Below are positions 10,335 through 20,989 of a stretch of DNA of 60,858 bases, one piece after another (position 1 is the first letter of the stretch; each line of letters starts with the position of its first letter). Under the pieces are notes generated by a model. The model was given only the letters and a program-made list of their open reading frames with translations. It had not been told where the DNA came from and made no database searches. The position numbers and the translations under genes were made by a program. Location: positions 1 through 60,858 of the forward strand of contig MNEG01000043.1 of the NCBI GenBank assembly GCA_001917585.1, written 5' to 3'. This stretch comes from Candidatus Rokubacteria bacterium 13_1_40CM_68_15 (lineage in GTDB: Bacteria > Methylomirabilota > Methylomirabilia > Rokubacteriales > CSP1-6).

Positions 10335-10541
10335 GTGCGGATCACGGTGAACGGCAAGGCGATGGAGGTGGCGGATGGCCTCAGCATCGACGGCCTCCTC
10401 GCCAGCCTCGGCGTGAAGCGCGAGTTCACCGCCGTGGCCGTGAACCGCGAGATCGCGCGCCGCCACGAGTTCGAGTCCATCCGGCTCAAGGATGGGGACC
10501 GCGTCGAGGTGGTTCGGCCGATGGGTGGCGGTGCGAGGTGA
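10335..10541 (+). CDS. thiS: Sulfur carrier protein ThiS
   Basis: VRITVNGK...AVAVNREI...[16 protein letters not shown](AR); SD GGAGGG; precedes thiG. Confidence 0.9.
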   Translation: MRITVNGKAMEVADGLSIDGLLASLGVKREFTAVAVNREIARRHEFESIRLKDGDRVEVVRPMGGGAR

Positions 10542-10554
10542 GAGGAGGATAGCC

Positions 10555-11337
10555 ATGGACACGTCGCTTGTGATCGGAGGCAAGGAGTTCTCGTCGCGCC
10601 TGATCGTGGGCACCGGAAAATACGGGTCGCTCGACGTCATGCGGCAGGCCCACGAGGAATCGGGCGCGGAGATCGTCACCGTCGCCGTCCGCCGCGTGAG
10701 TCTACCGGGCAGCGGCGAGTCGATCCTCGACTACATCGACACCAAGCGCTTCACGCTGCTGCCGAACACCGCCGGCTGCTACACGGCGGACGAGGCGGTG
10801 CGCACGGCGTACCTGGCGCGCGAGGCCGGCCTCGGCGACCTCGTGAAGCTCGAAGTGATCGGTGATTCCCGCACGCTCTTCCCCGACGTTCAGGGTCTGC
10901 TCGACGCGACGAAGACCCTGGCGCGCGACGGCTTCGTAGTGATGCCGTACACGAACGACGATCCGGTCATGGCCAAGAAGCTGGAGGACGCGGGGGCGGC
11001 GGTGGTGATGCCGCTCGGTGCTCCCATCGGCTCCGGTCTCGGCATCCGGAACCCCTACAACATCAAGATCATCCTCGAGACGGTCTCCGTCCCGGTCATC
11101 GTCGACGCCGGCGTCGGTACGGCGTCGGACGCCGCGATCGCGATGGAGCTCGGCTGCGACGGCGTGCTGATGAACACCGCCATCGCTTCGGCGCGCGACG
11201 CGGTGGCGATGGCACGCGCGATGCGGCTGGCCGTCGAAGCCGGGCGGTTGGCCTACAAGGCCGGACGGATGCCGAAGAAGCTCTACGCGAGCGCGTCCTC
11301 GCCGCTCGAGGGCCTGCCCGATTGGTCCACGAGCTGA
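10555..11337 (+). CDS. thiG: Thiazole synthase
   Basis: [44 protein letters not shown]. Confidence 0.97.
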   Translation: MDTSLVIGGKEFSSRLIVGTGKYGSLDVMRQAHEESGAEIVTVAVRRVSLPGSGESILDYIDTKRFTLLPNTAGCYTADEAVRTAYLAREAGLGDLVKLEVIGDSRTLFPDVQGLLDATKTLARDGFVVMPYTNDDPVMAKKLEDAGAAVVMPLGAPIGSGLGIRNPYNIKIILETVSVPVIVDAGVGTASDAAIAMELGCDGVLMNTAIASARDAVAMARAMRLAVEAGRLAYKAGRMPKKLYASASSPLEGLPDWSTS

Positions 11338-11945
11338 GGCTCTGCCTCGTCACCGATCGCGCAGAGACGCGTGACCGCGATCTGATCGCCGTCGTCACGC
11401 AGTGCCTGTCCGCCGGCTTGCCGGCGGTGCAGGTGAGAGAGAAGGACCTGCCGCCGGCCGAAGTCGCCCGGCTCTGTCGCGCCCTCCGGCCGCTGACGGC
11501 CGCCCGCGGCGCGCTCCTGATCGTCAACGACCGTGTCGACATCGCCCTCGCCGTTGGGGCCGACGGTGTTCAGCGCACTTCGTCCTCGCTTTCCGTCGAC
11601 GACATGCGGAGAGCAGCGGACAAGCGCGTGAGGATCGGGGCCTCGGTGCACTCGATCGACGAGGCGGTCGGGGCCGAGGCGGCGGGAGCCGAATGGCTCT
11701 TCTTCGGTCCCGTGTACGACACGCCGTCCAAGCGCCGGTACGGCCCGCCTCAGGGCCTGTCGGCCCTCGAGCGCGTGGCGTCGGCCGTCGCGGTGCCGGT
11801 CATCGCCATCGGAGGTGTCACGCCCGAGCGTGTCGAAGACGTCAGGGCAGCGGGCGCTCACGGCGTCGCCGTGATCTCCGCGATCCTGGCGGCGGACTCG
11901 CCCGCCACCGCCACCCAGAGATTCCTCGACGCCCTCGGCAAATGA
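11322..11945 (+). CDS. thiE: Thiamine-phosphate synthase / TenI family
   Basis: [44 protein letters not shown]. Confidence 0.85.
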   Translation: MVHELRLCLVTDRAETRDRDLIAVVTQCLSAGLPAVQVREKDLPPAEVARLCRALRPLTAARGALLIVNDRVDIALAVGADGVQRTSSSLSVDDMRRAADKRVRIGASVHSIDEAVGAEAAGAEWLFFGPVYDTPSKRRYGPPQGLSALERVASAVAVPVIAIGGVTPERVEDVRAAGAHGVAVISAILAADSPATATQRFLDALGK

Positions 11946-12045
11946 GTTCCATGTCAATCAATCGGCGAAAAGGACGCAGCTCCGTGCACCTAGCGCTCGC
12001 CACCTACGGTTCGAGGCGAGCACACGCCACCCGCTACAACAAATC

Positions 12046-13155
12046 ATGAAAGTTCTAGTTGTCGGAGGCGGAATTATCGGATGCGCGACGGCGTATGAGC
12101 TGGCAAAGGCCGGCTGCGCCGTCACCCTGCTCGAGCGATCCACACCAGGCGCCGAGGCCTCGGGCGCCGCCGCCGGGCTGCTGGCGCCGCTGGGCGACTC
12201 CTCCGCGGCGTTCCGCGATCTGGCCGTCGCCAGCTGGCGGCTCTATCCCGGCGTTGCGCGCGAGCTGCGGGAGCGCACGGGAATCGACGTGGAGCACGTC
12301 ACCCGCGGCACGATCTATCCGCTCTACACCGCCGACGACGTTCGCCAGGCCGAAGAGCTCGCGCGGGGTGCCAGGGGGCTCGACCTCGGCGTGGAGGCGT
12401 GGGACCGCGGTGACGTGCACGCCCACGAGCCGGCGCTCTCGTCGAAGGTCGGCGGTGCGATGTTCGTCCGCGGCGACCACTGGGTCAACAACCAGCGCCT
12501 GGTCGTCGCCTATGCGCAGGCCGCGGTCACTGCCGGCGTCAGCCTCATCACAGGCTGCGGAGTCTCGCGGGTGCTCGTGGAGGACGGCCGCACCAGCGGC
12601 GTCATCGCCGAGGGCGAACGGCACGACGCCGACGTCGTCGTGCTCGCCGCCGGGGCATGGACGTCCGCGCTGGCCTCGTCGTTCGGGGCGCGGCTGCCGG
12701 TGGAGCCCCGGCGCGGTCAGATGCTGGCGCTCACTCACGTCCCGCCCGTGATCACGCACGCGATCCACGCCGAGGACGTTTATCTCGTTCCGCGACCCTC
12801 CGGCGAGCTTCTCGTCGGCGCGACCGTGGAGCGTGTGGGCTTCCAGCGCGCCGTCACGGCCCTCGGCATGTCGAGCCTGCTCCAGGCAGCGATCGACCTC
12901 GTTCCCGCGCTGGGCGGCCTGCCGATCAGCCGGACCTGGTTCGGCTTCCGACCCTGGGCGCCCGACAGCATGCCCATCCTCGGGCCGTGGCCGGGAATCG
13001 AGGGCCTGTGGGTCGCCACCGCGCACTTCCGGAATGGTATTCTCCTGGCGCCGATCACGGCCAGGGTGATGACCGAGTGGATCGTCACCGGGAAGACTCC
13101 GCTGCCACTCGAGGATTTTCTTCCGAACCGCTTCCTAACGAGGCGCCAGACATGA
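12046..13155 (+). CDS. thiO: Glycine oxidase
   Basis: VVGGGIIG FAD motif, ASGAAAGLL, YLVPR, GFRP, HFRNGILLAPITA. Confidence 0.9.
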   Translation: MKVLVVGGGIIGCATAYELAKAGCAVTLLERSTPGAEASGAAAGLLAPLGDSSAAFRDLAVASWRLYPGVARELRERTGIDVEHVTRGTIYPLYTADDVRQAEELARGARGLDLGVEAWDRGDVHAHEPALSSKVGGAMFVRGDHWVNNQRLVVAYAQAAVTAGVSLITGCGVSRVLVEDGRTSGVIAEGERHDADVVVLAAGAWTSALASSFGARLPVEPRRGQMLALTHVPPVITHAIHAEDVYLVPRPSGELLVGATVERVGFQRAVTALGMSSLLQAAIDLVPALGGLPISRTWFGFRPWAPDSMPILGPWPGIEGLWVATAHFRNGILLAPITARVMTEWIVTGKTPLPLEDFLPNRFLTRRQT

Positions 13156-14477
13156 CCAGAGACGACCTCAAGCGCGACGTCTGGCAGGCGATTGACCGGC
13201 GCCGGGACGAGATCATCGCCCTCGGCGAACAGATCCGGCGTCATCCTGAGCTCGGCTTCAAGGAGTTCAAGACCTCTCGGATCGTGGAGGACACGCTGGC
13301 CAAGCTCGGGCTCTCGCCCCGCAGCGGTCTCGCCCTCACCGGGGTGCGCGCCGATCTCGCCGGTCGCGCCGGCGATGGGCCGACCTTCGCGCTGCTCGGC
13401 GAGCTCGATGCTCTCGTCGTCGCCGGTCATCCCGACGCCGACCCGGCGACGGGCGCCGCTCACGCGTGCGGCCACAATGCACAGATCGCCGGTTTGCTCG
13501 GCGCGGCCATGGGATTGATCGACGCCCGCGCCGCCGCCCATCTCGCCGGACGGCTCGTCTTCTTTGCGGTGCCCGCCGAGGAGTACGGCGACATCGAATG
13601 GCGGGTGAGCCAGGCGCGGGCGGGCAAGCTCGAGTTCCTGGGCGGCAAGCCGGAGCTGCTGCGCCTCGGCCACTTCGACGACGTCGATCTCGCGATGATG
13701 ATTCACACCACCGCGCGGCCCGAGGACGGCAAGGCTGGGGTGCCGGGGTCCAACAACGGCTGCATCGTGAAGACCGTTCGCTACGTCGGACGGGCGGCGC
13801 ATGCCGGCGGAGCGCCGTGGATGGGCGTGAATGCGCTCTACGCCGCGCAGATCGCGCTCGCCGCCATCAACGCGATCCGAGAGACGTTTCGCGACGAGGA
13901 CACGATCCGCGTCCATCCGATCATCACTCACGGGGGATCGCAGGTGAACGTGATCCCGGGCGACGTGAGGCTCGAGACCTACGTCCGGGGCCGCTCGGTG
14001 GAGGCCATCCTCGACGCGAACGTCAAGGTCGACCGCGCCCTGCGCGCGGGCGCGCTCGCGCTCGGCGCCACCGTCGAGATCGAGACGCTGCCCGGGTACA
14101 TGCCCATGCACTGCGACGCCACGATGGCCGCCCACTTCAAGCAGACGATGACACGCCTGGTGGGCGAGGAGCACTACCGGCAGATCGGCCATCGCACGGG
14201 CTCCACCGACATGGGCGACCTCTCCCAGGTGATGCCGGTGCTCCATCCGTACATCGGCGGCGCCCGCGGGAGCGGTCACGGCGCCGATTTCGAGATCGCG
14301 GACACGGCGCTCGCCTACGTCGCACCGGCCAAGGCGCTGGCGGCGATGGCCATCGACATGCTCGCCGACGGCGCCGCCGGCGCTCGCGAGGTGGTCGGCG
14401 CCCGGCCGCCGATGACCCGCGAGCACTACCTCTCTTTCCAGCGTGGGATCGCCCGACGCGAGGTGTACGAGGCCTGA
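13152..14477 (+). CDS. M20 family amidohydrolase (AbgB-like)
   Basis: HPELGFKEFKT, ELDAL, HACGHN, PAEE, GSTDMGD; ATGA overlap with thiO. Confidence 0.88.
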   Translation: MTRDDLKRDVWQAIDRRRDEIIALGEQIRRHPELGFKEFKTSRIVEDTLAKLGLSPRSGLALTGVRADLAGRAGDGPTFALLGELDALVVAGHPDADPATGAAHACGHNAQIAGLLGAAMGLIDARAAAHLAGRLVFFAVPAEEYGDIEWRVSQARAGKLEFLGGKPELLRLGHFDDVDLAMMIHTTARPEDGKAGVPGSNNGCIVKTVRYVGRAAHAGGAPWMGVNALYAAQIALAAINAIRETFRDEDTIRVHPIITHGGSQVNVIPGDVRLETYVRGRSVEAILDANVKVDRALRAGALALGATVEIETLPGYMPMHCDATMAAHFKQTMTRLVGEEHYRQIGHRTGSTDMGDLSQVMPVLHPYIGGARGSGHGADFEIADTALAYVAPAKALAAMAIDMLADGAAGAREVVGARPPMTREHYLSFQRGIARREVYEA

Positions 14478-14481
14478 CCGC

Positions 14482-15285
14482 GTGTACGGCAAGACGGGCG
14501 TCGACTTCCCTCAGCGCATCGTGTGCCTGACCGCCGAGACCGCGGAGATCGCGCACGTGCTCGGAGCCGGCGGACGCGTGGTCGGGGTCCCCGGCACCGC
14601 GCGTCGGCCCGACGCGGTCCGGGAGAAGGCCAGAGTCGGCGGCTTCACGACGTTCAGGATCGACAAGATCCTCGAGCTCCAGCCCGATCTCGTACTCGGC
14701 TTTTCCGATCTGCAGAAGGACGTCATGCGCGAGCTGATCGGCAGCGGCATCGCGGTGCTGTGCACGAATCAGCGCTCGTTCGAGGACGTGCTGAGGACGA
14801 TTCTGATGATCGGCGGCGCACTGGGATGCGAGCCGGCCGCGCGCGCCCTCGTCCAGGACCTCCGGGACGAGGTCAAGCAGGTTCGCGAGTACTCCAGCGT
14901 GTGGCCCGACCGTCCGCGCGTCTACTTCGAGGAGTGGCACGATCCGCTCATCACCGGCATTCGCTGGGTCTCGGAGCTCATCGAGATCGCGGGTGGCCGC
15001 GACGTCTTCGCCGAGCTACGCGACCGCCCGATCGCGAGCCAGCGTATCGTTGCGTCCGAGGAAGTGGTCCGGCGCGATCCCGAGATCATCCTGGCGTCCT
15101 GGTGTGGCAAGCCCGTGGACCGCGATGGCATCGCCCGCCGACCCGGCTGGCAGGGGATGACGGCGGTGAAGCGCGGCCAGATCCACGAGCTCGACGGCAG
15201 CGACGTGCTGTCACCCGGGCCGTCGCTGGTGATCGGACTGAGACAGATCCACGACATCGTCCAGAACTTTCAGGCCGCCGCCTAG
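14482..15285 (+). CDS. BtuF-like / TroA-like helical-backbone metal receptor
   Basis: PQRIVCLTAETAE, LQPDLVLGFSDLQ, YFEEWHDP, ILASWCGK. Confidence 0.8.
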   Translation: MYGKTGVDFPQRIVCLTAETAEIAHVLGAGGRVVGVPGTARRPDAVREKARVGGFTTFRIDKILELQPDLVLGFSDLQKDVMRELIGSGIAVLCTNQRSFEDVLRTILMIGGALGCEPAARALVQDLRDEVKQVREYSSVWPDRPRVYFEEWHDPLITGIRWVSELIEIAGGRDVFAELRDRPIASQRIVASEEVVRRDPEIILASWCGKPVDRDGIARRPGWQGMTAVKRGQIHELDGSDVLSPGPSLVIGLRQIHDIVQNFQAAA

Positions 15286-15369
15286 AAGCGTAAGATCGAA
15301 GGTAGCTTCTGCCGCAGCCTCAAAAAACTTTGGCCCTGACGGGCCCGCAGCTACGATTGGAGCCGCCGC

Positions 15370-16815
15370 ATGGTTGATCTCGTCCCCGCGCGTCCCGAGG
15401 CCTTCTTTGCCGATCGCTTCAACATCACCTCCTCGACCATCGATCGCCTGCTCGGCTCCGCCCTCCGCGGCAAGGTGGACGATGCCGACATCTATCTCGA
15501 GTACCGCATCACCGAGGAGCTGGTGCTGGAGGAGGGTGCCGTCAAGAAGGCGTCGCGGCACGTGAGCCAGGGGGCGGGTGTCCGCGCCCAGGCCGGCACG
15601 CGTACCGGCTACGCCCACACTGACGACATCTCGATCAAGAACCTGGAAGAGGCGGCCCGCCAGGCGCGGGCCATCGCGACCGACGCGAGCGCTTCGGCGG
15701 TCGTGGCAGTGCCGAACGGCAGACCGCACGATCTCTACGCGCTGAGCGAGACGCCGGTCGCGGCCGACCTCACGCGCAAGCTCGATCTGCTGCGCGCCGC
15801 CGATCGGGTCGCGCGCGCCGCCGATCCCCGAGTTCGTCAAGTCATCGCGAGCGTCACCAGCGAGGACGTGATCGTGTTCGTCGTGACCGCCGCCGGCTGG
15901 ACGGTCGGCGACCTCCGGCCGCTCACGCGCCTGAACGTCACCGTCATCGCGGAGGACGAGGGCAAGCGGGAGATCGGGAGCTATGGCGGCGGCGGCCGTG
16001 TGGCCTTCGACTGGTTCCTCGAGGACAACCGCTGGGAGCGCTTTGCGCGCGAGGCAGCGCGCCAGGCCGGGCTCAAGCTCGCCGCCGTCGACGCGCCGGC
16101 CGGAACGATGACGGTCGTGCTGGGTCCGGGCTGGCCGGGCATTCTCCTCCACGAAGCGATCGGCCACGGCCTCGAAGGGGACTTCAACCGCAAGGGTGTG
16201 TCGGCCTTCGCCGGCCGCCTCGGGCAGAAGGTCGCCTCCGAGCTCGTCACGGTGGTCGACGACGGAACGATCGCGAATCGCCGCGGTTCTCTGAACGTCG
16301 ACGACGAGGGCACGCCGACGTCGCGCAACGTCCTCATCTATCGCGGCGTGCTGTGCAGCTACATGCAGGACAAGCTCAACGCCCGGCTCATGGGCATGAA
16401 GGCAACCGGGAACGGACGCCGCGAGTCGTACGCCTATCCGCCCATGCCGCGCATGACGAACACGTTCATGCTGGCCGGCGAGGAGGCGCCCGAGGACATC
16501 GTGCGCTCCGTCAAGCACGGCCTCTACGCCGTCGCGTTCGGCGGCGGCCAGGTCGACATCACCAGCGGCAAGTTCGTCTTCTCGGCGAGCGAGGCCTACC
16601 TGATCGAGGACGGCCGGGTGACCGCACCGGTCAAGGGCGCGACGCTCATCGGCAATGGGCCCGACGCGCTCACGCGCGTCACCCGCGTCGGCCACGACCT
16701 GAAGCTCGACGAGGGGATCGGCACGTGTGGCAAGGACGGCCAGTCGGTCCCCGTGGGCGTCGGCCTGCCCACGATTCGCATCGACGCGATGACCGTCGGC
16801 GGGACGCAGGTGTGA
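15370..16815 (+). CDS. tldD: Metalloprotease TldD
   Basis: GWPGILLHEAIGHGLEGDFNRKG, TGNGRRESY..PMPRMTNT, CGKDGQSVPVGVGLPT. Confidence 0.95.
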   Translation: MVDLVPARPEAFFADRFNITSSTIDRLLGSALRGKVDDADIYLEYRITEELVLEEGAVKKASRHVSQGAGVRAQAGTRTGYAHTDDISIKNLEEAARQARAIATDASASAVVAVPNGRPHDLYALSETPVAADLTRKLDLLRAADRVARAADPRVRQVIASVTSEDVIVFVVTAAGWTVGDLRPLTRLNVTVIAEDEGKREIGSYGGGGRVAFDWFLEDNRWERFAREAARQAGLKLAAVDAPAGTMTVVLGPGWPGILLHEAIGHGLEGDFNRKGVSAFAGRLGQKVASELVTVVDDGTIANRRGSLNVDDEGTPTSRNVLIYRGVLCSYMQDKLNARLMGMKATGNGRRESYAYPPMPRMTNTFMLAGEEAPEDIVRSVKHGLYAVAFGGGQVDITSGKFVFSASEAYLIEDGRVTAPVKGATLIGNGPDALTRVTRVGHDLKLDEGIGTCGKDGQSVPVGVGLPTIRIDAMTVGGTQV

Positions 16816-18158
16816 GCGGAATCGACGCCGACCTCCTCGTCTCGGTTCTGAAGCGCGCGACCGGGCTCGGTGCCACGGCCGCCGACGGTTTCCTGGTCGA
16901 CGAGCGCCACTTCAGCGCCACCGTGCGGCTCGGCGAGGTCGACACGGTGACGCACTCGCACGATCAACGGCTGTCGCTGCGCGTCTTCGCCGGCCGCGCC
17001 TCCGCCGCGGCCTCGACCTCGGATCTCTCGCCCGATTCGCTCGAGCGTGTGGTGGCGGAGGCGACCCGGCTCGCCAAGATCACCGCCGAGGATCCTCACG
17101 CCGGACTTCCCGATCCGGCCGAGCTCACGACGTCGATCCCGGATCTCGATCTCGCGGACGCCGGTGGCCACGATCTGGCTCCCGAAGCCAAGATCGACAT
17201 CGCGCGCCGCGCCGAGGCCGCCGCGCTGGCCGCTGACCCGCGCGTGACGAATTCCGAGGGCGCCGAGTTCTGGGATCGCCAGGCGCGTTACGCGTACGCG
17301 ACGTCATCGGGATTCGCCGGCGGCTATCGGACGTCGAGCTTCGGGATCACGGCCTCTCCCGTGGCCGCACAGAACGGCGAGATGCAGCGCGACGCCTGGT
17401 ACACGACGGCTCGCAAGCGGGCGGCGCTCGACGATCCTGCCGCAGTCGGCCGAACCGCGGCCGCGCGTGCCGTGCGGCGGCTCGGGGCGCGGAAGGTCAA
17501 GACGACCGAGGTTCCGGTGATCTTCGATCCGGAGACCGCGGCGACGCTCGTCCGCGCGATTGCATCGGCGGCCGCGGGGCCCAGCCTCTATCGCCGGGCT
17601 TCGTTCCTGCTCGACCGGCTGGGCACGAAGATCGCGGCACCCTCGGTCACGATCGTGGACGACGGACTCCGGCCGGGTGGACTCGGGTCGCGGCCGTTCG
17701 ACGGTGAGGGATTGGCGACGCGCCGGACCGTCCTCGTCAGCGAGGGCGTCTTACAGTCGTACCTCCTCGACAGCTACAGCGCGCGCAAGCTTGGCCTGGC
17801 CTCCACGCACCATGCCGCCCGCGACGGCGCCGGCGTCACCGTGGCCACGACCAATCTCATGCTCCTGCCCGGGTCGGCCCGCCCGGAGGACTTGATCGCC
17901 TCCGTGCGCGAGGGGTTCTACGTCACCGAGCTGATCGGTTTCGGGGTCAACGGCGTCACCGGAGACTACTCGCGAGGCGCCGTCGGTCTCTGGATCGAGA
18001 ACGGCGCGTTCGCGTATCCGGTTGAGGAAGTGACGATCGCCGGCAACCTGCTCGACATGCTCGCCCGGGTGGACGGCATCGGCAACGACCTCGTGCTGCG
18101 CGATCGGACCGCCGCGCCCACCGTGAAGATCGCGCGCATGGTCGTCGCCGGCGACTAG
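16812..18158 (+). CDS. pmbA: TldE/PmbA family protein
   Basis: MQRDAWY, SRPFDGEG, GVNGVTGDYSRGA.GLWIENG..YPVEEVTIAGNL. Confidence 0.92.
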   Translation: MSGIDADLLVSVLKRATGLGATAADGFLVDERHFSATVRLGEVDTVTHSHDQRLSLRVFAGRASAAASTSDLSPDSLERVVAEATRLAKITAEDPHAGLPDPAELTTSIPDLDLADAGGHDLAPEAKIDIARRAEAAALAADPRVTNSEGAEFWDRQARYAYATSSGFAGGYRTSSFGITASPVAAQNGEMQRDAWYTTARKRAALDDPAAVGRTAAARAVRRLGARKVKTTEVPVIFDPETAATLVRAIASAAAGPSLYRRASFLLDRLGTKIAAPSVTIVDDGLRPGGLGSRPFDGEGLATRRTVLVSEGVLQSYLLDSYSARKLGLASTHHAARDGAGVTVATTNLMLLPGSARPEDLIASVREGFYVTELIGFGVNGVTGDYSRGAVGLWIENGAFAYPVEEVTIAGNLLDMLARVDGIGNDLVLRDRTAAPTVKIARMVVAGD

Positions 18159-18170
18159 ACCGCTGGCCGC

Positions 18171-18956
18171 ATGATCATCGACACCCACTGCCACCTGTAC
18201 GAGCCGGTGTTCGCCAACATGCAGGAGACCCTGCAGACCGCCCTGGCTCACGACGTGTGGGGCGTGGTGGCCGTGGGCTGTGACGTCGACACCAACGAAC
18301 GGACGCTCGCCCTCGCCACGGCTAACTCGAAAACGGTATGGGCCTGCCTCGGTTTCCATCCCGACCGTGTCCATCTCAGCGACGACGACCTGGACCAGGT
18401 CGAGCAGCAGGTGGTCGAGCACCACGCGCGCATCATCGGCCTCGGCGAGGTCGGACTGCCCTGGTACTGCCTGCAGTCGTCCACCGACCCGGCGGCGACG
18501 ATGGAGCGAGGCCGGAAGCGCCTGGATCGCCTGCTCGCGCTGGCCGGACGCTATGACCTCGCCGTCGCTCTGCACGCGCCGCACGGCGCGGCCGTCGGCG
18601 CGTTGGAGGCGCTCAAGCGTCACGGGATCGAACGCGCGGTGTTCCACTGGCACAAGGCTCCGCCCGACGTGACACGGGACATCGTGGAGGCCGGGTACTT
18701 CGTGTCGGTGGGGCCGGAGGTCGTCTACCGCGAGCGCGATCGCGAGCTGGCGACGTCGGTACCGCTCGACTCCCTGCTCGTGGAAAGCGACGCCCCCTGG
18801 AAGTACTCCGGGGAGTTCGAAGGACTGGACTCGGGGCCGTGGTTCGCCGCGCGAGTGGCCGAGGAGCTGGCGAAGATCAAGCAGCTGCCGGTGGCGGACG
18901 TGATGTTCCGGCTCTCCACCAATGCCTGCCGCCTCTTCGACCTGGTCTGGGCCTGA
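18171..18956 (+). CDS. TatD family hydrolase
   Basis: IIDTHCHL, GFHP, GEVGL, VFHW, LLVESDAP. Confidence 0.88.
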   Translation: MIIDTHCHLYEPVFANMQETLQTALAHDVWGVVAVGCDVDTNERTLALATANSKTVWACLGFHPDRVHLSDDDLDQVEQQVVEHHARIIGLGEVGLPWYCLQSSTDPAATMERGRKRLDRLLALAGRYDLAVALHAPHGAAVGALEALKRHGIERAVFHWHKAPPDVTRDIVEAGYFVSVGPEVVYRERDRELATSVPLDSLLVESDAPWKYSGEFEGLDSGPWFAARVAEELAKIKQLPVADVMFRLSTNACRLFDLVWA

Positions 18957-19028
18957 CGTTCACGTCGCGGTGTGGCCGTGCGAGGTGCGGCCGTCCGACG
19001 GCCAAGCCGAGCGCTGAAATGATCGAAA

Positions 19029-19766
19029 GTGGCGAGCAGTGAAATGAGCGAAGAAGAGAAGCACACCGTCGCGCTTCCCGGAGCCCGCCTCGCTCTCGTA
19101 GTTCACGCGCCCCCGGGGCGGCGCCGAGTGCCGTGCGTCATCGCCTGTCACGGGCTCGCCGCCTCGAAGGACAGTGACAAGTACCTGCTGCTCGGAGCCG
19201 AGCTGCCCGCGGCCGGCCTCGCGCTTGCGCGCTTCGACTTCCGCGGCTGCGGCGAATCGAGCGGCATCGAGGAGGAGACCACCATCGCCACCCGCGTCGA
19301 GGACCTCGAGGCGGTGTTGAAGTTCCTCGCCTTCCACCGGCGACTGGACGGGCGCTTGGGCCTGCTCGGCTCGAGCCTGGGCGGTTACGTGGCCCTCCAC
19401 GTGGCCGCCGCCCGCGGCGACGGCATACCCGTCGTGACGTGGAACGCGCCATCGAATCTCGCCGAGCTGATGGACACGCCTTCGGCGGACGCCACCGGTT
19501 TCGGCATGGCGTTCTTCCAGGAGCTGGCCACCCACCGCTACGACAACGCGCCGACGGGCGTCGGCGGCCATCTGGTCATCCAGGCCGAAGCGGACGACGT
19601 CGTGCCCGTCGAGCACGGTGCCACCCTGCACGCGCGCGCGAAGGATCCCTGTGATCTCGTCATCATTCCGGGCGCCGACCACCGGCTCAGCGACATCGGC
19701 CACCGCCGGGCTGCGGTTGCGGCGAGTCTCGAGTGGTTCGGACGCTTCTTCGAGGACGCGGCATGA
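19029..19766 (+). CDS. Alpha/beta fold hydrolase
   Basis: CHGL, RFDFRGCGES, GSSLGG nucleophile elbow, DDVVP, GADH. Confidence 0.88.
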   Translation: MASSEMSEEEKHTVALPGARLALVVHAPPGRRRVPCVIACHGLAASKDSDKYLLLGAELPAAGLALARFDFRGCGESSGIEEETTIATRVEDLEAVLKFLAFHRRLDGRLGLLGSSLGGYVALHVAAARGDGIPVVTWNAPSNLAELMDTPSADATGFGMAFFQELATHRYDNAPTGVGGHLVIQAEADDVVPVEHGATLHARAKDPCDLVIIPGADHRLSDIGHRRAAVAASLEWFGRFFEDAA

Positions 19767-20908
19767 TCAACCGCCAGCGCGTGGTCTCGGAGTTCATGGA
19801 GCTCGTGCAGATCTCGAGTCCGTCGCGCCGCGAGGCGCCGGTGGCCCAGCGTCTGATCCCGGCGCTCGAAGCGCTGGGCGCCCACGTGGAGGTCGATGAC
19901 GCCGGCGCCAGGATCGGTGGCGACACCGGGAACGTCCTGGCCCGCATTCCGGGCACGGCGCCGTCGGCGCCGCCGCTGCTCCTCTGCGCCCACATGGACA
20001 CGGTGGTGCCGTGCCAGAACATCCGGCCGGTCGCGCAGGGCGACGTCATCAAGACCGACGGGACGACGATCCTCGGTGGCGACGACAAGGCGGGCATCGT
20101 CGCCATCCTGGAATCGGTCCGCGTTGCCCGGGAGCGTCGTCTACCCCACGGTCCCGTCGAGATCCTCTTCACGATCTGCGAGGAGAATGGCCTGCTCGGC
20201 GCCAAGAATTTCGACGTCACGCGTCTGGCCGCCCGGCGCGGGCTGGTCCTCGACTGCGACGGCGTCAACGAGCTGATCACCCGCGCGCCGGCCGCGAATC
20301 ACGTGAACTTCGTCGTGCACGGTCTCGAGGCCCACGCCGGCGTCTGTCCCGAGCAGGGCATCAGCGCCATCAAGGTGGCGGCTGAGGCCATCGCTCGTAT
20401 GCGGCTCGGCCGCATCGACGACGAGACGACGGCCAACCTCGGGATGATCGAGGGCGGGCTGGCGACCAACATCGTGCCCAACCGTGTCACGGTGAAAGGG
20501 GAGACGCGGAGCCGGAGCCTCGCCAAGCTCGACGAACAGACCGAGCACATGCAGCGCTGCTTCGACGAGGCCGCTGCCCGGCACCGCGTCATCGTGGAGG
20601 GACGCGAGCACACGGCCCGCATCGAGGCGCGAGTCGCCCGCGGTTACGAGCGGCTGGACCTCGGTGACGACACGCCCATCGTGCGCCTGATGACCAGGGC
20701 GGCCGAGCGCTTGCGCCGCACGTTCCGTACGCGGGCCACCGGCGGCGGCTGCGACGCCAACGTCTTCGCCGGCCGCGGGCTCGAGGTGGCCAACCTGGGC
20801 TGCGGCATGCGCGCCATCCACACCGTCAGCGAATGGGTCGACGTCAACGACATCGTCGCCACCGCCGAGCTGCTGGTCGCGCTACTGCAGGTCAACGCGG
20901 AGAACTAG
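19763..20908 (+). CDS. M20 peptidase T-like metallohydrolase
   Basis: AHMDTVVP, ILGGDDKAG, CEENGLLGA, GGGCDAN, IHTVSE. Confidence 0.9.
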   Translation: MINRQRVVSEFMELVQISSPSRREAPVAQRLIPALEALGAHVEVDDAGARIGGDTGNVLARIPGTAPSAPPLLLCAHMDTVVPCQNIRPVAQGDVIKTDGTTILGGDDKAGIVAILESVRVARERRLPHGPVEILFTICEENGLLGAKNFDVTRLAARRGLVLDCDGVNELITRAPAANHVNFVVHGLEAHAGVCPEQGISAIKVAAEAIARMRLGRIDDETTANLGMIEGGLATNIVPNRVTVKGETRSRSLAKLDEQTEHMQRCFDEAAARHRVIVEGREHTARIEARVARGYERLDLGDDTPIVRLMTRAAERLRRTFRTRATGGGCDANVFAGRGLEVANLGCGMRAIHTVSEWVDVNDIVATAELLVALLQVNAEN

Positions 20909-20989
20909 GCGCGATCTGCGAGTTTGGCCACGCGGAAGCGATAGCGTTGCGCAAGGCGACGCAGCGTCACGCGCCACGTGAACGAGGGG

